Below are positions 11,601 to 25,059 of a stretch of 64,000 nt of DNA, piece after piece; within the stretch, counting starts at the first letter, position 1; each line of letters opens with the position of its first letter. Both the position numbers and the translations under genes were made by a program. This DNA comes from Marsupella aquatica (Eukaryota > Plantae > Marchantiophyta), in contig OZ316894.1 of assembly GCA_973895155.1 (NCBI GenBank), positions 1,340,953 to 1,404,952 on the forward strand, written 5' to 3'. The notes beneath the pieces are model-generated. The model saw nothing but the letters and a program-made list of their open reading frames with translations, was not told the origin of the DNA and ran no database searches.

Positions 11601-14179
11601 TTAGAAGGTCTTCCAAGAAGCTCAGACATAATTAGAGATCTTATCTGCTGGACTTCGAATCAGGGAAAAGGGAGGAGTCAGGTTACACTCCAGAGAATTA
11701 CATGGAACATTTGAATGACTTACGAGATATGGCCATTGACCAACTGCAAGTGTAGCATCACGTACACAGATTAATCTTGTCAGTAATGAGGGAGATTATA
11801 CAGCCAACCAGCTATGGGAATTTTGTGACAAAATCTAACTGTGTCTAATTTAGATCGGGTAACTACTTTCTTTAGATGCGATCGTTGTACAAAACCCCTT
11901 GCTTAACCAGTTACGAATCATCACTTCTTAAGCTAGCGAACGCTTAACCTCCAGATTTTTCAGATAAGAAAGTATTCAAATACATGCATGCAGAAATCAT
12001 TCTATTGAGATGCAAACGAAGGAAATACAATTAGTTATGGTTGTCTTTAGTTTAGGAAACTCTTGCTAAATCACCTACGCATCATCACTTCTAAAGCTAG
12101 CGAACCTTTAACCCACAGATTTTTCAGATCAGAAAATATTCAAATACATGCAGAAATCGTTAAATTGAGATGCAATCGAAGGACATACAAACACCTGATA
12201 TGGTTACTTTCAATCTCATGTTACTGTTTATGCACAGAGACTGGTTGCCATCAATAAAGTAATATACTCCGGAAAAGAGATGTTCGCTAGCTCCAAACGC
12301 CATCTTCGTTGTGTTGGAGATGTTACATTGATTGTAGCCGTCCTCTGCCACGCGATACACGCTATAGCTATCGCTCTTTGAGTAGTTGAATGTTACTACG
12401 TAAACACGAACAAGTTTGATACTTCACATCATCAGTTTCCAATCTTTCTAAGCTAACTTCTAGGTACAGGATCGGGAAACTTCACATCATCAGTTTGATA
12501 CTTCACATCATCAGTTTCCAATATTTCTAAGCTAACTTCTAGGAAACAGGTCACCCAGGATATTTTAGACAGTCGAACTTCGATCCACAGCCGAATATAT
12601 TGTGCTAATACCAAAACTAGATGCACTGATACAAACAAAGTACTCAAGAAGGGAAGAACGAACTACCGAACGAACGTTTACGTAGGTACGTACCCAGGGC
12701 AGAAACTGCAGTATGCGTGTAAATAGGAATGCGCCAGTTTGAATCCGCGGGCATCCAGGGGACAGTGGTCACGCCCAAGCTGGAGACAATTTCATCAGTG
12801 ACTACCTGCCGACCGTTAGAACAAGAAGATGCGGAACTTGTATAATTGCAGGTCGACCCCACGGAAAACGCGAAACTCATTCCCTCAATGCAGTCGTTTC
12901 CATCGCCGGACAAACTCATAATATAGTAGTTGGCATTATTGCTGGTGAGGGTTATCTCCGCGGTGCCACCCGTACTTGAAGCAAGGGGGTTGGTTGTATT
13001 GCAATGTAACACTTCCTCGGGAGTTCCCACCACTAAAACGTTGTGCAACTTGCTGTCGTACTGAAAATCTATATTTTTATGGAAATGAAACACGAAGCTA
13101 AAATTAGAAAGTCCACATGAGATCGATCAGTTTAAAGGAATCCAAGCCTTAAGTTGCGAAAAGTCCTAACATGTTGAACACTGTGAACACTAGCCACTTA
13201 ATTTGAGAGCTGCAAAGCGTGCAAGTCCCAAAACTTCTATCATTTTGGTCTCACAATATTTATGATCCACTTTCCTGACAAAGACGAATCACGACATTCG
13301 TTTTGAAAACTCTAAGTTTTATAGACCATATAACCGGAAGTGACGAGAATCACGTCATTCTTTCCCTTGAGTTGCTTTGCTCTCTGCATTCAATTTTAAT
13401 TAAAGTTGGTATCGATGCTTATATCGTACGTGAAGAGCAAGTGTAAGTTCGATAGCTAGCTAGTATAATTGTTGTTTCATTATGATTCCACACATTATCT
13501 GAAATTAGTTCGGAAGTGGCCGTCACCAGCCTTATTCTTAAAGAGCCAGTGTCCATGACAAAACCGCCAGTGTCCATGATAAAACCTGGATCACCACTGT
13601 CCATGATAAGACCTGGATCACCAGGTTCACCATTTTTAGACCATTTTCCCTGAAATTGCAGGAGCAAAGTAGATCTCATCCTGGAGGAGAGAAATGTGAA
13701 AAAATGAGAAGTATTGGACACTTGTCCTTTTATATGGACAGTGGTGGTAAGACGACGTCTTAGCTTGGTAAGGAGATGAGGTTCTCTCATATCATTGATT
13801 GTTATCTAACTCAGTTCTTATTTCATCAGGTTATTCTACGTACCTCTAAAGTAGCTAGGTTCCCCTTTGAGGATCTGAGGGTATCCCCAACTACTGTAGC
13901 TAGCATCCAGCATTGCAAAGCAAAGAAAGTGACGACGGGCTGGAGATGATGAGGAAGAGGTCGGTTCATACAGAGGGTGTCGTTGACATGGAAATTCCGA
14001 TCGTCAGCCCAGCCCTGGTAATAATCTCGAGTACGAGGAACAGTCCACTGGAGGTTCTCGCCAACCCCGACAACATAGAGTGACTGGCAATGACACCCAG
14101 TTGCGAAAGCCACGAGTATCATGGCCAGTGCTGCCATCCATGATCCAGACGAACGCTCCAAGTATCTTGAGTTCTTCAT
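8645..14179 (-). CDS. Receptor-like kinase: signal peptide, two phytocyanin (plastocyanin-like/ENODL) domains, TM helix, WAK-type Ser/Thr kinase
   Basis: Phase-consistent GT-AG exons: 14179-13972 (signal peptide, YVVG..W..P...[14 protein letters not shown]); 13068-12682 (FQY...HNV...C....P...YYI...C..GM); 12395-12195 (FNY...SVYRV...YNQC...YYF...C...MRLKV); 11229-11008 (TM then RKRR); ~10609-10392 ([22 protein letters not shown]); 10185-9949 ([13 protein letters not shown]); 9741-9373 ([18 protein letters not shown]); 8947-8645. Confidence 0.9.
11900..12190. repeat. Intronic ~160-bp diverged tandem duplication
   Basis: ATCATCACTTCT.AAGCTAGCGAAC..TTAACC..CAGATTTTTCAGAT.AGAAA.TATTCAAATACATGCA occurs at ~11918 and ~12081. 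Confidence 0.85.
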
Positions 14180-16013
14180 CTCGATCAGCCCCACTGAATC
14201 TCTGCAGTTCTCTTTAGGAGTTTATGTGGCAATCCATATTAGTCTTACTGTACGTGTATCCACTTCAGAACTTCATGAAATCAATCCACCCCGGCCAGTG
14301 CAGACCATACCCACGCCAGGGCAACTAATTACAAGTAAACAATCTTATCTTCTGGAATCCGTCCATCCGTCTTACCAGTTCTCGTCGGATATCGCTGCAC
14401 GGTCCATACTAACTCCAAGAGCACTGATTGTTTGTTTGAACTGACAGTCGGCTCTCTCGTTCTCCATCTCCATCATGAGTGCGATCTCGAGGGCCAACTC
14501 AACGGGGCTTATCCGCCCATCCCGACAGAGAGAGAGAACACAAACTCAAATAACTAAATATCTAAACTGCGACGCAAGATTTGAATCGTATTAAGCCTCT
14601 TTCGATGGGAGGTAGCGCGTCCAGGCTTTCGTTAGCACCCCATGGCTGTTTCTGTGACACTGCTCAGATCAGATCGACATATGTGCATGCCCAGAAGCTT
14701 CGATTCTCGCTCATTGTTGATCGACCTCCCACGTACCCCGCCACCCCCATGCAGGACAAATTCTCCGTCCATTCCTGTAGCCTCGATTGAGCAATGTGAT
14801 TCAGACTCAAGCCGACTCTCACATTGTAATGCACATCTCACACTATCGAAGAGCTTAGTTCTGGACGCACTAGTTCCCCCACTTTGCACTCAACTAGATT
14901 TGGATGCGGGATCAGGGCTCCTGCGGTTGTCCATAATTGCAGTCTCGATTTTTTCCGTCCAACAAATAAAACAAAAAAATGAGTGGATATGCCAAATATT
15001 CCTGGTATGTACTGCCCACGAGAAGTTAAATCCCTTCAAGATATCTCTCGTTTATTTTTGTTTACTTTATGGAAGAGAATTCGATCCCGTCACAGGCTGT
15101 TCAAGCCATCTTGAGATTTTCCTGTACTTCTCTCTTGGTAAAATGAACTGAACCAGCCAGCCAAGAGGTATACACGACCAAAATCTGCAGCAATTTGGCA
15201 ATCACTAATGCGTCCCAGAAGTCAAAACTGGTAATATTCTTTTGGCAGACATGAGTGGCGGTGCCTGGCAAATGGAATCCCGGCAGGGCAAGTCGTCGGA
15301 AAGACCGTCTGTTTTTACGAGATTTGATTGACCCACAGCCAGACACCCGAGCAGGTGGGTCGCCAATGCTTCCAATATGATTCATCGGATTGCATAATTT
15401 AGACCGAATTATGGAGGTAACTAAGAACGTCAAGAGAACTAAGACAGACTTCTTGTAGAGCAATCACCGACTCTTTCGATGTGCGAGGCCAGCCCTCCTT
15501 GGAGCATTCTGTGGAGATGAATGCTCCGAGAATTGAATTAGTCACTTCATGAGAGACAGGAGCGACTGTAGCTCCGTCCCCCGAAGGATCTGAGTTTTTT
15601 AATCACCACTTTCTAACGAGAGTTTCTAATTATAATAAGAACACTGACCCCTCAGGAAAATATAAGTGTGACCAAAGTATATTCTCTTTTCATCTTTGCT
15701 CTTCTCAAGGTTAATGAAATAATATAAAAGCCATCATGCATGGTATCATATCATTTTTGTATGGTATCATTTTAATAATCATATAACATCATATATGCAC
15801 ATCTCTCTTTCTACATAACATACCATCTTCTTTTCTATGCGCACATCCCTCTTTTTATGCAACATCCCTCTTCGTATGCACTCGTTCTATGCACATATAT
15901 TAGGATGGGCCATAGAGCACATTTTTTGAATTAAATAAAAATCATGACAAAAAGCATACATTATAGCCATGACTGTCTTTTATTATTCCCATGATACATG
16001 GTGAGCCATGGAG

Positions 16014-16150
16014 TTAAGGTCTAGAGAGTTCACTCTAGAAGTCTAGGCTCCAACTCTAGATTGTAATTGACACACTACAAGTAAAATTATTAAGGTCTAG
16101 AGAGTTCACTCTAGAAGCCTAGGCCCCAACTCTAGCTTGTAATTGGCGCG
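16014..16150. repeat. ~77-bp tandem duplication
   Basis: TTAAGGTCTAGAGAGTTCACTCTAGAAG.CTAGGC.CCAACTCTAG.TTGTAATTG present twice. Confidence 0.85.
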
Positions 16151-19149
16151 CACTATATCTAAGTAAAAATTTTAACTATGGTGACCTGAATCACTCTAAT
16201 TTTAATTTTGGTTTTTTGGGTGGCCTGTGGAGTATGTCACCTTGTATGAAGGGGAGATACAGACTACAGTAGGAAGATTCCTTGTCAAATTTTGCTAGAT
16301 TAATTTCTGACCATTGGCTGGCCCCAGATTTAGGGATGATCTTTACATTCTGGCTGCCTAATGGAGTTTGTTTCTAGGTGAAAAACTGGCTAGATAATGG
16401 AAAAACAGGAAACCTACATTAGCAAATTTTAGCCAAGGCTCAAGACCTAAGGGAAGTGGAATCTACGAAATATTTGCCACCAAATAACATATTGACCTGG
16501 ATCCAATCAGGTTTTGAAAATGAACTGTGACATTTAGATGTTAGAAATATATGAGCTACTTACAGATGCAGATTTTCTGTGGTGAAAAGTAATGAGTTCA
16601 ACGTTTTGAGCCTGGATTGCCCCCTTGGTGAATTCACTAGATGACATCGGGGATGACATCACACTCTGAAATTCCTGGGTGAAAGTAGGGTATGTTCTTT
16701 CATATACATGATGCTCTGTGTGAAATGAACAATTATACCACTTACCTAGAAAAGTTTTTAGTGGAACTTTAAGGGCTGACGGATAGTGCCCTAGCTTGCA
16801 TTTAAAGTTATCCATTTGGCCCAGGATTTTACCCTCATATTAATGACACAAACTTTAAGAACCCTTGGTAAGTTTGGCAACTTGGATTGAGGGGTGATTT
16901 AGTGATTTGTAACACTCTTTTGTAACACTCCCTTTGTAACACTCCCTTATATCCTGTCTTTCTATGAACTTTCTTAGCTCCCAAAGTGCCCATGTCCACT
17001 TTCTGGACCTACTCTCCTAATTTTCCCTTTCTGTCAACTTTCCGCCCCATGCCATCTGCAAAAAGGTGACCGGTGAAGTTCTCCAAAATATAAGCCCCTT
17101 GAGACTTTATTTAGCATCTAACCCCTACTAGAAAGGCGCAGGGGTTACATGGCCAATGTTGCATTTGTATTATTAGCCAACTAGCCTGATACTCATGCAT
17201 TTGTATTATTAGCCAACTAGCCTGATACTCATGCATTTCAGAGAAGGTGTCAATGCAAGGCAAAGAAGCAACTTCAGCGCCATTATTGAGGTGATTGCGG
17301 CTATGTTGTTGTCCTAGTGATGCAGTCATTGCAGCGATGCCATTGTTCCAATAGCCAGGTTTGCACAATTGTGGTTGTTGCCATGCTGTCGTTGTGGCTA
17401 TGAGGTTGTTGTAGCCATCTTATTGTTGTGGCAATACGACCATTCTGGCCATTCTATTATTGCATCCACATGGTCATTCTGGTCATACAGTCCTTGCGGC
17501 CATATTATTTTTGCATGCATGTGGTTGTTGCACCATGGATGTTGTTGCTCCATCCAGGCATGTGGTCATGATTTTGGGTGTGCAAGTTTAGTGTCCAGTA
17601 AATATCGAAGAATATAAGTCTTGATTCATCTCAATGAAGACATAATGCATGTTTAGGACTACACTAAATGCTATTTATAGGTTAGGAGGCCCAATTCTCA
17701 CAGACCAGATACCAACAGTGTGAGCATTAAGCTCGTTCATTATATGTTACTGGCCCAATGGACGTTATCATTGCTACCAGGGTTTGTTGGTGTAACAAAG
17801 CTTGCAATACAGGTGGACATTGGATCCAGACGTGGTCACATGGTGCCGTATATATGGAGGGAAATGTTTTTCTCCTTTTTTGGATCAGGTGGCATGCAGG
17901 CAGGTGCAGGGCCTCACAGGGCAGGGCTTTTATACGCAGGCGGCCACGGTCCTGGGTCACACAAGCTGGGCCAGCACATGCAGGTAAGGCAGGCCGGTGA
18001 GACAAGGGTGGTTCTAGCAGCGATGAAAGACCCAACCACCCAAACAACTAGAACTTATTTTTGCAATTTGTCTTTTTGGTAAACAGACATTCCTCCAGAT
18101 CGGGCAGGATTGCTTATTGCCTTATTGTGCTTATTGTGGTCGTGGATGAAAGCTACTGGTAGACCTCAAAGAACACAGGCAGATGGAAGCTCTACCTAAA
18201 GGGGCCTTTATTCATGAAAGGCCCAACTACTGTAGGCAGATGTATAATCATGAGGACTTTTTAGGAATCTTAACAAATTAATCCGGGACACCTTAAGTGG
18301 AATGTTCTATCCACAAATGATCAGCAAGGCACTTTTATTTGCCTAAACCGCCCACACATATCAACCCTCCCCGCTCCTAGCGAGAGTGACATTGACATTT
18401 TTACCTTGTGTTTTTACCTCGTAAAAACACAAGGGCCATATTTTTCAGCCAAAATCTTCCAATGGTTTAAGATGTGTCCCTGCTATTTCCATAATCTCCT
18501 GCCTGGATAATCATAATTGTTAAATATTCTTTTGACCATATTTTTGCACTATGATGACAGTCTGGGCTGGAGTTGTAGCCTGAACCTTACTCCAAGAATG
18601 CTCAGAAAAGTTTCGAGCTTCTCGACTACCTCTGGACAGGTTATCTTCACTTCCTGGTCAAGGATTAGAGCCTACTAACCCTGTGCTCACATAGTCATTA
18701 TTATCCTACACATAAAAGCCACCAACAGTCCTGTCCCTCGTCAAATAAGAGAAGGGTGCAGCTGAGATTCAAAGAAAGAAGGCGCTTCACCCGTGCTTCT
18801 CATTGGAAGTGGCAAGTTGCCATTAGACAGAGTTCAAAAACATCTTTGACAGTGTAAGTGAAGACAAAAAACAGTTGTGTTAGATCAAGAGAGAGATCAA
18901 GTGTCAAGACCAGAGCAGAAAAGAGAAGAGAACATTTCCAGTCACAATTTTACCCTGAACAACATCCTCCTTACTTCTTAAGGATAGTAAAAGCTGGACA
19001 CTTTGATGCGCAAGACATCTAAGAAGTGTTCCTGCAGATTGATTGGTAGTGGCTTTGGTTTATCTTGCTGGGTCCATTGAAGAGGACCTGAAAGCAGGAC
19101 TGCATATCACCATGCTTTCAGTCGCCTCCTGGGACGTGAATTGGATAGT

Positions 19150-19800
19150 TCAGGCTCAATTCTCCTGAAAACAGAGAGTACACTCATTTCTGGACTAAAT
19201 TGAGAATCTGATCTCACATACTTGAATGCCAACTTGTGTCAATGTGTCTTTGTACAATCATGGATTTCACTGTTGAAAAGGACCAATGTTCTTTTGTGTT
19301 AACCTTTGAACATTCCTATCGATTGGTCACTATGTCATACGATACAGCGTTCAATTTCGAGATTCCAATGTCAGTCAATTTGCATTGACTGTAAGAGAAC
19401 ATGATTGGAAGCTCCTTCAAAATGCCGTTATTGTAACTTCGAGCTGAGAATATCTCAGCTCAGCAGTTGTCCTTTCAGTCTGCAGGTTACCTACAATTGG
19501 AACGGGAATTGGATACTTTAACTTCAACTCTAACCAAACAGATCATAGAGTGGCAAGTTCACTTCAAGACTCAATTGAGAACCAGGTATAACTCAATTGA
19601 ATGTAAACTGAACTGTTGTGTCTTGTCTGTACATGGATTTGCAACGTTAAGGATAGATGTATTGGTACCCTTGCAATTCGTCACAAGGTCCAACCTCACA
19701 TTTAATTTCCACATTCTAGTGATCCCAATAGGCTACTTCCTGTCCAAAGTTTCTTCAATATACAAGTGGTTGTAAGGTCTCCATAGAGCTATGCTTACTC
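19150..19800 (-). pseudogene. Highly decayed Copia RT/RNase H remnant
   Basis: Minus-strand fragments PIGITRMWKL (cf. PIG.KWVFK) and NSEIHDCTKTH (cf. NPVFHDRTKHID); many stops. Confidence 0.35.
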
Positions 19801-19954
19801 CGTGCAATGACAGAACTATCTAGATCTTTATTTTGTGTTCGCCAAGGTTGGAATCTCTTCAAATCACAATAGTGAATCTGAAACGATGGTCTGCAACATT
19901 TCATCGATGCTTGGGATGAGACTCGAATAATACCTGTAGATTTCTGCGATGAGA

Positions 19955-20509
19955 CTATTCCTTGAGCGCAGGGCCTTCATCTCCATAGAGCGGGTCACTC
20001 TTCACCCATTCTAAAGTCGATATCCTCTGAACTGCTTTCTCCTCGCCTTCTCTTCCGAAACACATATCCCACTGTGGCCCGCCTTTTGGATAGCTGCCGA
20101 CCATCTCAAACCCACCTTGAAGGTCGTCCAGCAACCTGTGAGCCAGTCCTGCCGGAACGAGAATCGCGTCTCCTTTCTCCACTTCTGCCTCGACCCTATC
20201 CGGGTTCTCCTCCCCACCAAAGCACAGCCGTGCCCGTCCAGTCGCGATGCAGAGAAACTCGTGGGTGGTCGAGTGGAAATGCGAGAAGGGGTACATGGAG
20301 TAACGCCACTGGGGCTCCATCACTCCAACTTTGCGGAGATGCGCTTCTATTTGGCTCGCAGTCGCTGAAGGCTGAAAGGCGCCATGGTAGATCACCAGCG
20401 GCTTCTGCTGCACAGAGCAATTCGGATAACGGGCATGGCGGGGGATGATATGTCTAGAGACACGTAGACTGCCCAAGGGGACAGTAACGTTGTCTGCGCC
20501 GTGGGACAT
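19955..20509 (-). CDS. Intronless cupin-fold protein (YjlB-like), 184 aa, fungal-looking
   Basis: Single intact ORF from the ATG at 20509. Cupin motif 1 HFHSTTHE and motif 2 KGDAILVPAGLAH, plus PLVIYHGAF, QWRY, GSYP and the C-terminal DPLYG motif. GC-richer than its flanks. Confidence 0.85.
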   Translation of the reverse strand: MSHGADNVTVPLGSLRVSRHIIPRHARYPNCSVQQKPLVIYHGAFQPSATASQIEAHLRKVGVMEPQWRYSMYPFSHFHSTTHEFLCIATGRARLCFGGEENPDRVEAEVEKGDAILVPAGLAHRLLDDLQGGFEMVGSYPKGGPQWDMCFGREGEEKAVQRISTLEWVKSDPLYGDEGPALKE

Positions 20510-23500
20510 TTTCGAACAGTATGTTTGAGCATGGAGTATGTTTAGACAAAAACGGGCTTCCCAGAGGTTTGGACGATTGTAGAGGCGATGACCAACTACG
20601 AACGTCATGTCCAACTACTCAAAGTCATGTCCAACAACTTCATGGCCAAACTTACACATTCGATATGCGTTTTCTCTACAGACCGAACATGTCTCACAGT
20701 TCTGAAGCACCCTATCAATGATTTTGATCCGTGCTCCGTTTCAAATGAATCTAACTACGAATGATATGGACGACAAAGATGATCGATGCTCCTCCGTGAG
20801 ACTAGTTTTGAAAGCAGGTGCCGTACCCCCGGCTCAAAGAATCGTGTGAAGACGAAATCCATCCCGCAATTGCAATCAAAGAAAGCGCTTTACTCTGCCT
20901 GTAAATCACAAAAGCAAATGCAGAACGTGGAGATGAAACAGATGGCAAAAAGCAAGAATGATTAGATATCATGAATGAGCCAATTTAAGACAATTAGACA
21001 CCAGGTCATTGGTGACCTTTTACAACCGAGACAAACAGAGACAGTATAGAATTTTAGTACCAGACTCAAGAAAGTTCCGTTCTCACGTTTCTTACAAAAA
21101 CAAAAGTGATTGGTGAGGACTCTTGAAGATCCTTTCGCGGGCTCGTGTGTAGTTCAGCTGAAATGTGGAGATACACGGTGGTAGTCAATCGGGGAGACGA
21201 ACTCGATCACCTGGCGGAGCAGAAACCTCAAGAAAAGCACGATTCACTCTTTCAATTGAACAGGACCTTCGCCCTTTTCAATTCGCCCAATTCTCCATAA
21301 CTTATTAGATCTATTCATCAATTTTTAGGAATTCTCGATGAAAGTGATCCTAAGGTCGAGCTGCTCAGCGAGCAACCTTGCGCATTGTACGGAGTACATC
21401 AGTTCTTTTCTTATCTTGAAAATTTCCGGTCATGGAATTCGACACTTGTGTAGTGATAGCCCCCTATCTCGAGCTGATGACAACTGTACTCCACGTCATT
21501 GCCTCCCCCAAGACACTTGTCTCCCTCGCCCTTTCCAACGCCCCGCTCATGGCCTAGCATGCCCTTCGTCTGCTCGGGTTGTTCCTCTCACGAATTCTGT
21601 CAACTGACGAAAGCATGTTTCACCCACATTGTCATGTTGGTGACGGCACTCGGAAGAGTACACCCAAGTCGAGATGAATGACGCAATTCTTCACGGTCCC
21701 AGATAACCTATATATTTCCCCCCCTCCCAGATAACCTATGTTGTAAGTGGATTGCCACTCTCTCGCTATGCAAGTATCTATCGAGACTGAACTGATCGCT
21801 GTCCTAGGAAATTATTGTAACATTAGAAGTCACTCGCCCTTTGAACTGAAACAGCCTCACAAATAAATGTATTTCTCTGTGGTCGTAAATCACCAAAGTT
21901 TCTCTCTTTGCAAGTGGCTCTCTTACCTTAGCGTCCAGCTCCTTAAGGTCTTGATGCATGTGAAATTAATTAAAGCCTCGGTGTGTTTGAACTGAAATGG
22001 TGTTCCAGATGCGAGAAGATGATGCTGGTACTGGAGCTCACAAACACTCTCAGGTGGGCACTCCGTGAACAATCGTATCGCCTTGTACGTAGGATCCTCC
22101 CGAGGATCCGTAGATTTGAAATCAGGGCCGGCAGGAGGGCCTTGACCAACAATCGCTGGTCTGTATTGTCCATCATTCCGATGTGTGGATCACAAATTCA
22201 ATGTTTCAATAATTTCCGCAAGGGCGAGCATTTACCATGTGCTAGGTCAATTGGTTATTTATAGGGAATTGCCAGACCATAGAAAGCAGTCTTCAACAAG
22301 TTCCATCGATTCTTCGTTGAGTGCCAGCTGAAATTTGCAAGGCGAGAGCGATTCTAGATACTTCTCCGTTGTGTTTGCTGTTCCATTTAGAACGTTCATT
22401 CTTGTAGGCACTTGACAACCATTACAGATAACCTTGAATGAGTTTAATTTGAATTTGACTTCAATTTTGGTAGAAAAGCGGTGTCGAATTACCTTTTAAT
22501 TCACTAGACAAGGCCATGACCGCCACCTAACTCGAGCAATATCTACTGACTTATCACGATATCAGATTTCGTACTGAAATTTAACTCATTGGGTACGCAT
22601 TATAACATGAAACCATGACATTTTTCTTTCCAATTGTGAATTTCATGATTTGAAGCAATTCTTTCTTTGTTTTAACAATGACTTACTCTGTTTCCATAAA
22701 GAGAAAGTGCCTAAACATAATGGAGAAGCTGGCATTTTCAGACACGCTTGAAGGAGTTTGACTCTTTTACAGAATTATTCTCTCATAAGAATTTTCGTTC
22801 CAGACTTTCATATTCATTTGTTCATTGCAGATTCGTTCACATTCAGTCAACACAAATTTGAAAGAAGAATCAATGTGCCAGAGACATACAGAGCTATGAC
22901 TCAGTAATCATTAGGAATTTGATTGTCTACAGCTAGAACAAGAACATCATTATCCTGGTAGTGTAGTTGTTTCGAATATTGTAGATCCTTATTCTTATAC
23001 TGCACTAAGGCATAGAGAATTTACTCAACTATGGTTATTATTCTTATACTCATTACCCTGATACTGCATAAGGAAAACAAAACTCTCTGCAGTGTGTTGT
23101 TTAGTGATCCCTCTGTTACAGCGGACCATCAAGAATCTGTTCATTCGATCGGATGGGATTGCACACATCATTACGAATTCTCAGCTCAAGCTAATCCCAG
23201 TGATTTCCCAGTTTCTGAACCAGCTTGGAAATGAATGAACACAGTTTAACAGGGGAGAGAGACATGTATCGAAGAACATTCATTTCACAGTAAACCGTGT
23301 AAAACTACAGCCGTTCTTTCTGTGTCATGTGGAACCGCATATGAAAGAAAGAAATCGCACCACTAGAATTGTAGGGATGGAAGACATATCCGAAATGAGG
23401 ACGTAAAATTTAGTCGTTCTCTCTGTGTCATGTAGAACAGCACATGAAGGAAAGAAATAAAATCGAACTGTAGGAAAGGAAGACATCCGTAATTGAGGAG

Positions 23501-25059
23501 GTCTTCTTGTTGGATCTGAAATTTCATGAATTCACTAGTTGCATTGCACAGGATCATTAAAGAAGTGTGTCCTTGTTGTGGCCGTGCTATCTTTGCAGAA
23601 CTTTTGTCACTATGGTCACAATGACAGAGCAAAAGTGATATCAAGCATGAGTGATTTTGAGTGAAAGAGTTCTCAATGTGGAAGTTAGATATATGGGAGG
23701 GACATATGGTCAGAATGTAAGTGTTGAAATGATAGTCGAAAGGAAAGCACTGCAACATTTGTAAATAGGGAGGAGAGTGAAATGTTACAAGGACCAGGAG
23801 GAGAATGCAAAGAGAAGATAAGAATCACAAGTACAGGGGAGAGACAAAGGTGTTGCACAAACAATAACAAAAGCGTAGACCTAAAATTTAATGCCCTGTC
23901 TATGTACCTAGTGGGCAACATGGAGATGATCGATGGAAGAAATTGCTGGTCTGGAAGATGTGCAAGAGTTATGGGAAAGAGGTACAAAAGGAGTAAAGGT
24001 GAGGGTTGAGATGAGTATGTCCATAAGGCGATCATGACAAGAACATTTGAGTCCACTTCTAGTACCCAAACTTTGCAACTTCCCTGAATTTACTTTCCCT
24101 CTCCTTGCCCATGCTCAACCTCCCACTTGGTTTTTCTCCTTTTTCCTTCCCCAACCCCCAGCCCACTGTTTTTGTTTCTTATCTGACTCCCTCCTCTTCA
24201 TCTGATTGGTTGGAAGAGGATGATCAGAAAGGTTTGGAAAATCCATTTTCCCTCAAATTTTATAGTGATTAGGTGGAGCAGCCAAAAAACTCTTAGCCCA
24301 ACTAAACTTGAAAGACAAAGTTAAACCTAGAAAACTCTTCGAATTCAACTTAGGATGCTAGTATACCCCCACCCAATAGCACAGTAACAGCACTATGAAA
24401 ACCGAAAAAGAATACCTGACAAACAGTACTGCTGTGTGAAGTGCTCACCATCACCTTCGGGATCACCATTCATCAACGTTTGATCCCATCTGTGAATCAA
24501 AGCAATCCAATGGCTTGCACGTTGCCTTGTGGCCATAGTGCACTGTTGTCTTTTTTTACAATGCTCAATCAGATTTGTAGATCAATTAGATCCAACAGCG
24601 AGAGTTTCCTGTAGATTTTAATAGCTTCCAGGCCTTGTTTTAGTGTCCCTTGTGGAGAATCTGATGCTGTAGAAAATACCAAAGATAAATGTGATGGCAG
24701 GGTGGGGATCATTTCCTCCTCTTCTGATTTTGTAAACAGACAACCGGCTACCTGTTTGCGGGATTGCATGTAGTAGTAGTTTGATTTATAATAAATGTTC
24801 AGCAAATAAAGATTACTAATGTTCTTGGGGCATACTTTGGGTTGCACATGATAACAAAAACGTATGAGTTCCTCATGTCTACTGGAGAAAGCATAATTAT
24901 GTTGCAAGCACATAACAAATGTTCTCTAGACTGGTAAAATGTTAACAGGAATTTGTTGGCATCACATCTTAACTATTTGGAGTTACCACCAGTGCAGTTT
25001 TTACTGAACCCCATGGGAAGCTAAGTCCAAAATCCCTAGAAGCATGTCCAGCCATATCA

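Noticed and set aside
23363-24056. Possible Copia integrase remnant or small genes
   Set aside because: Too degenerate to support any motif confidently.
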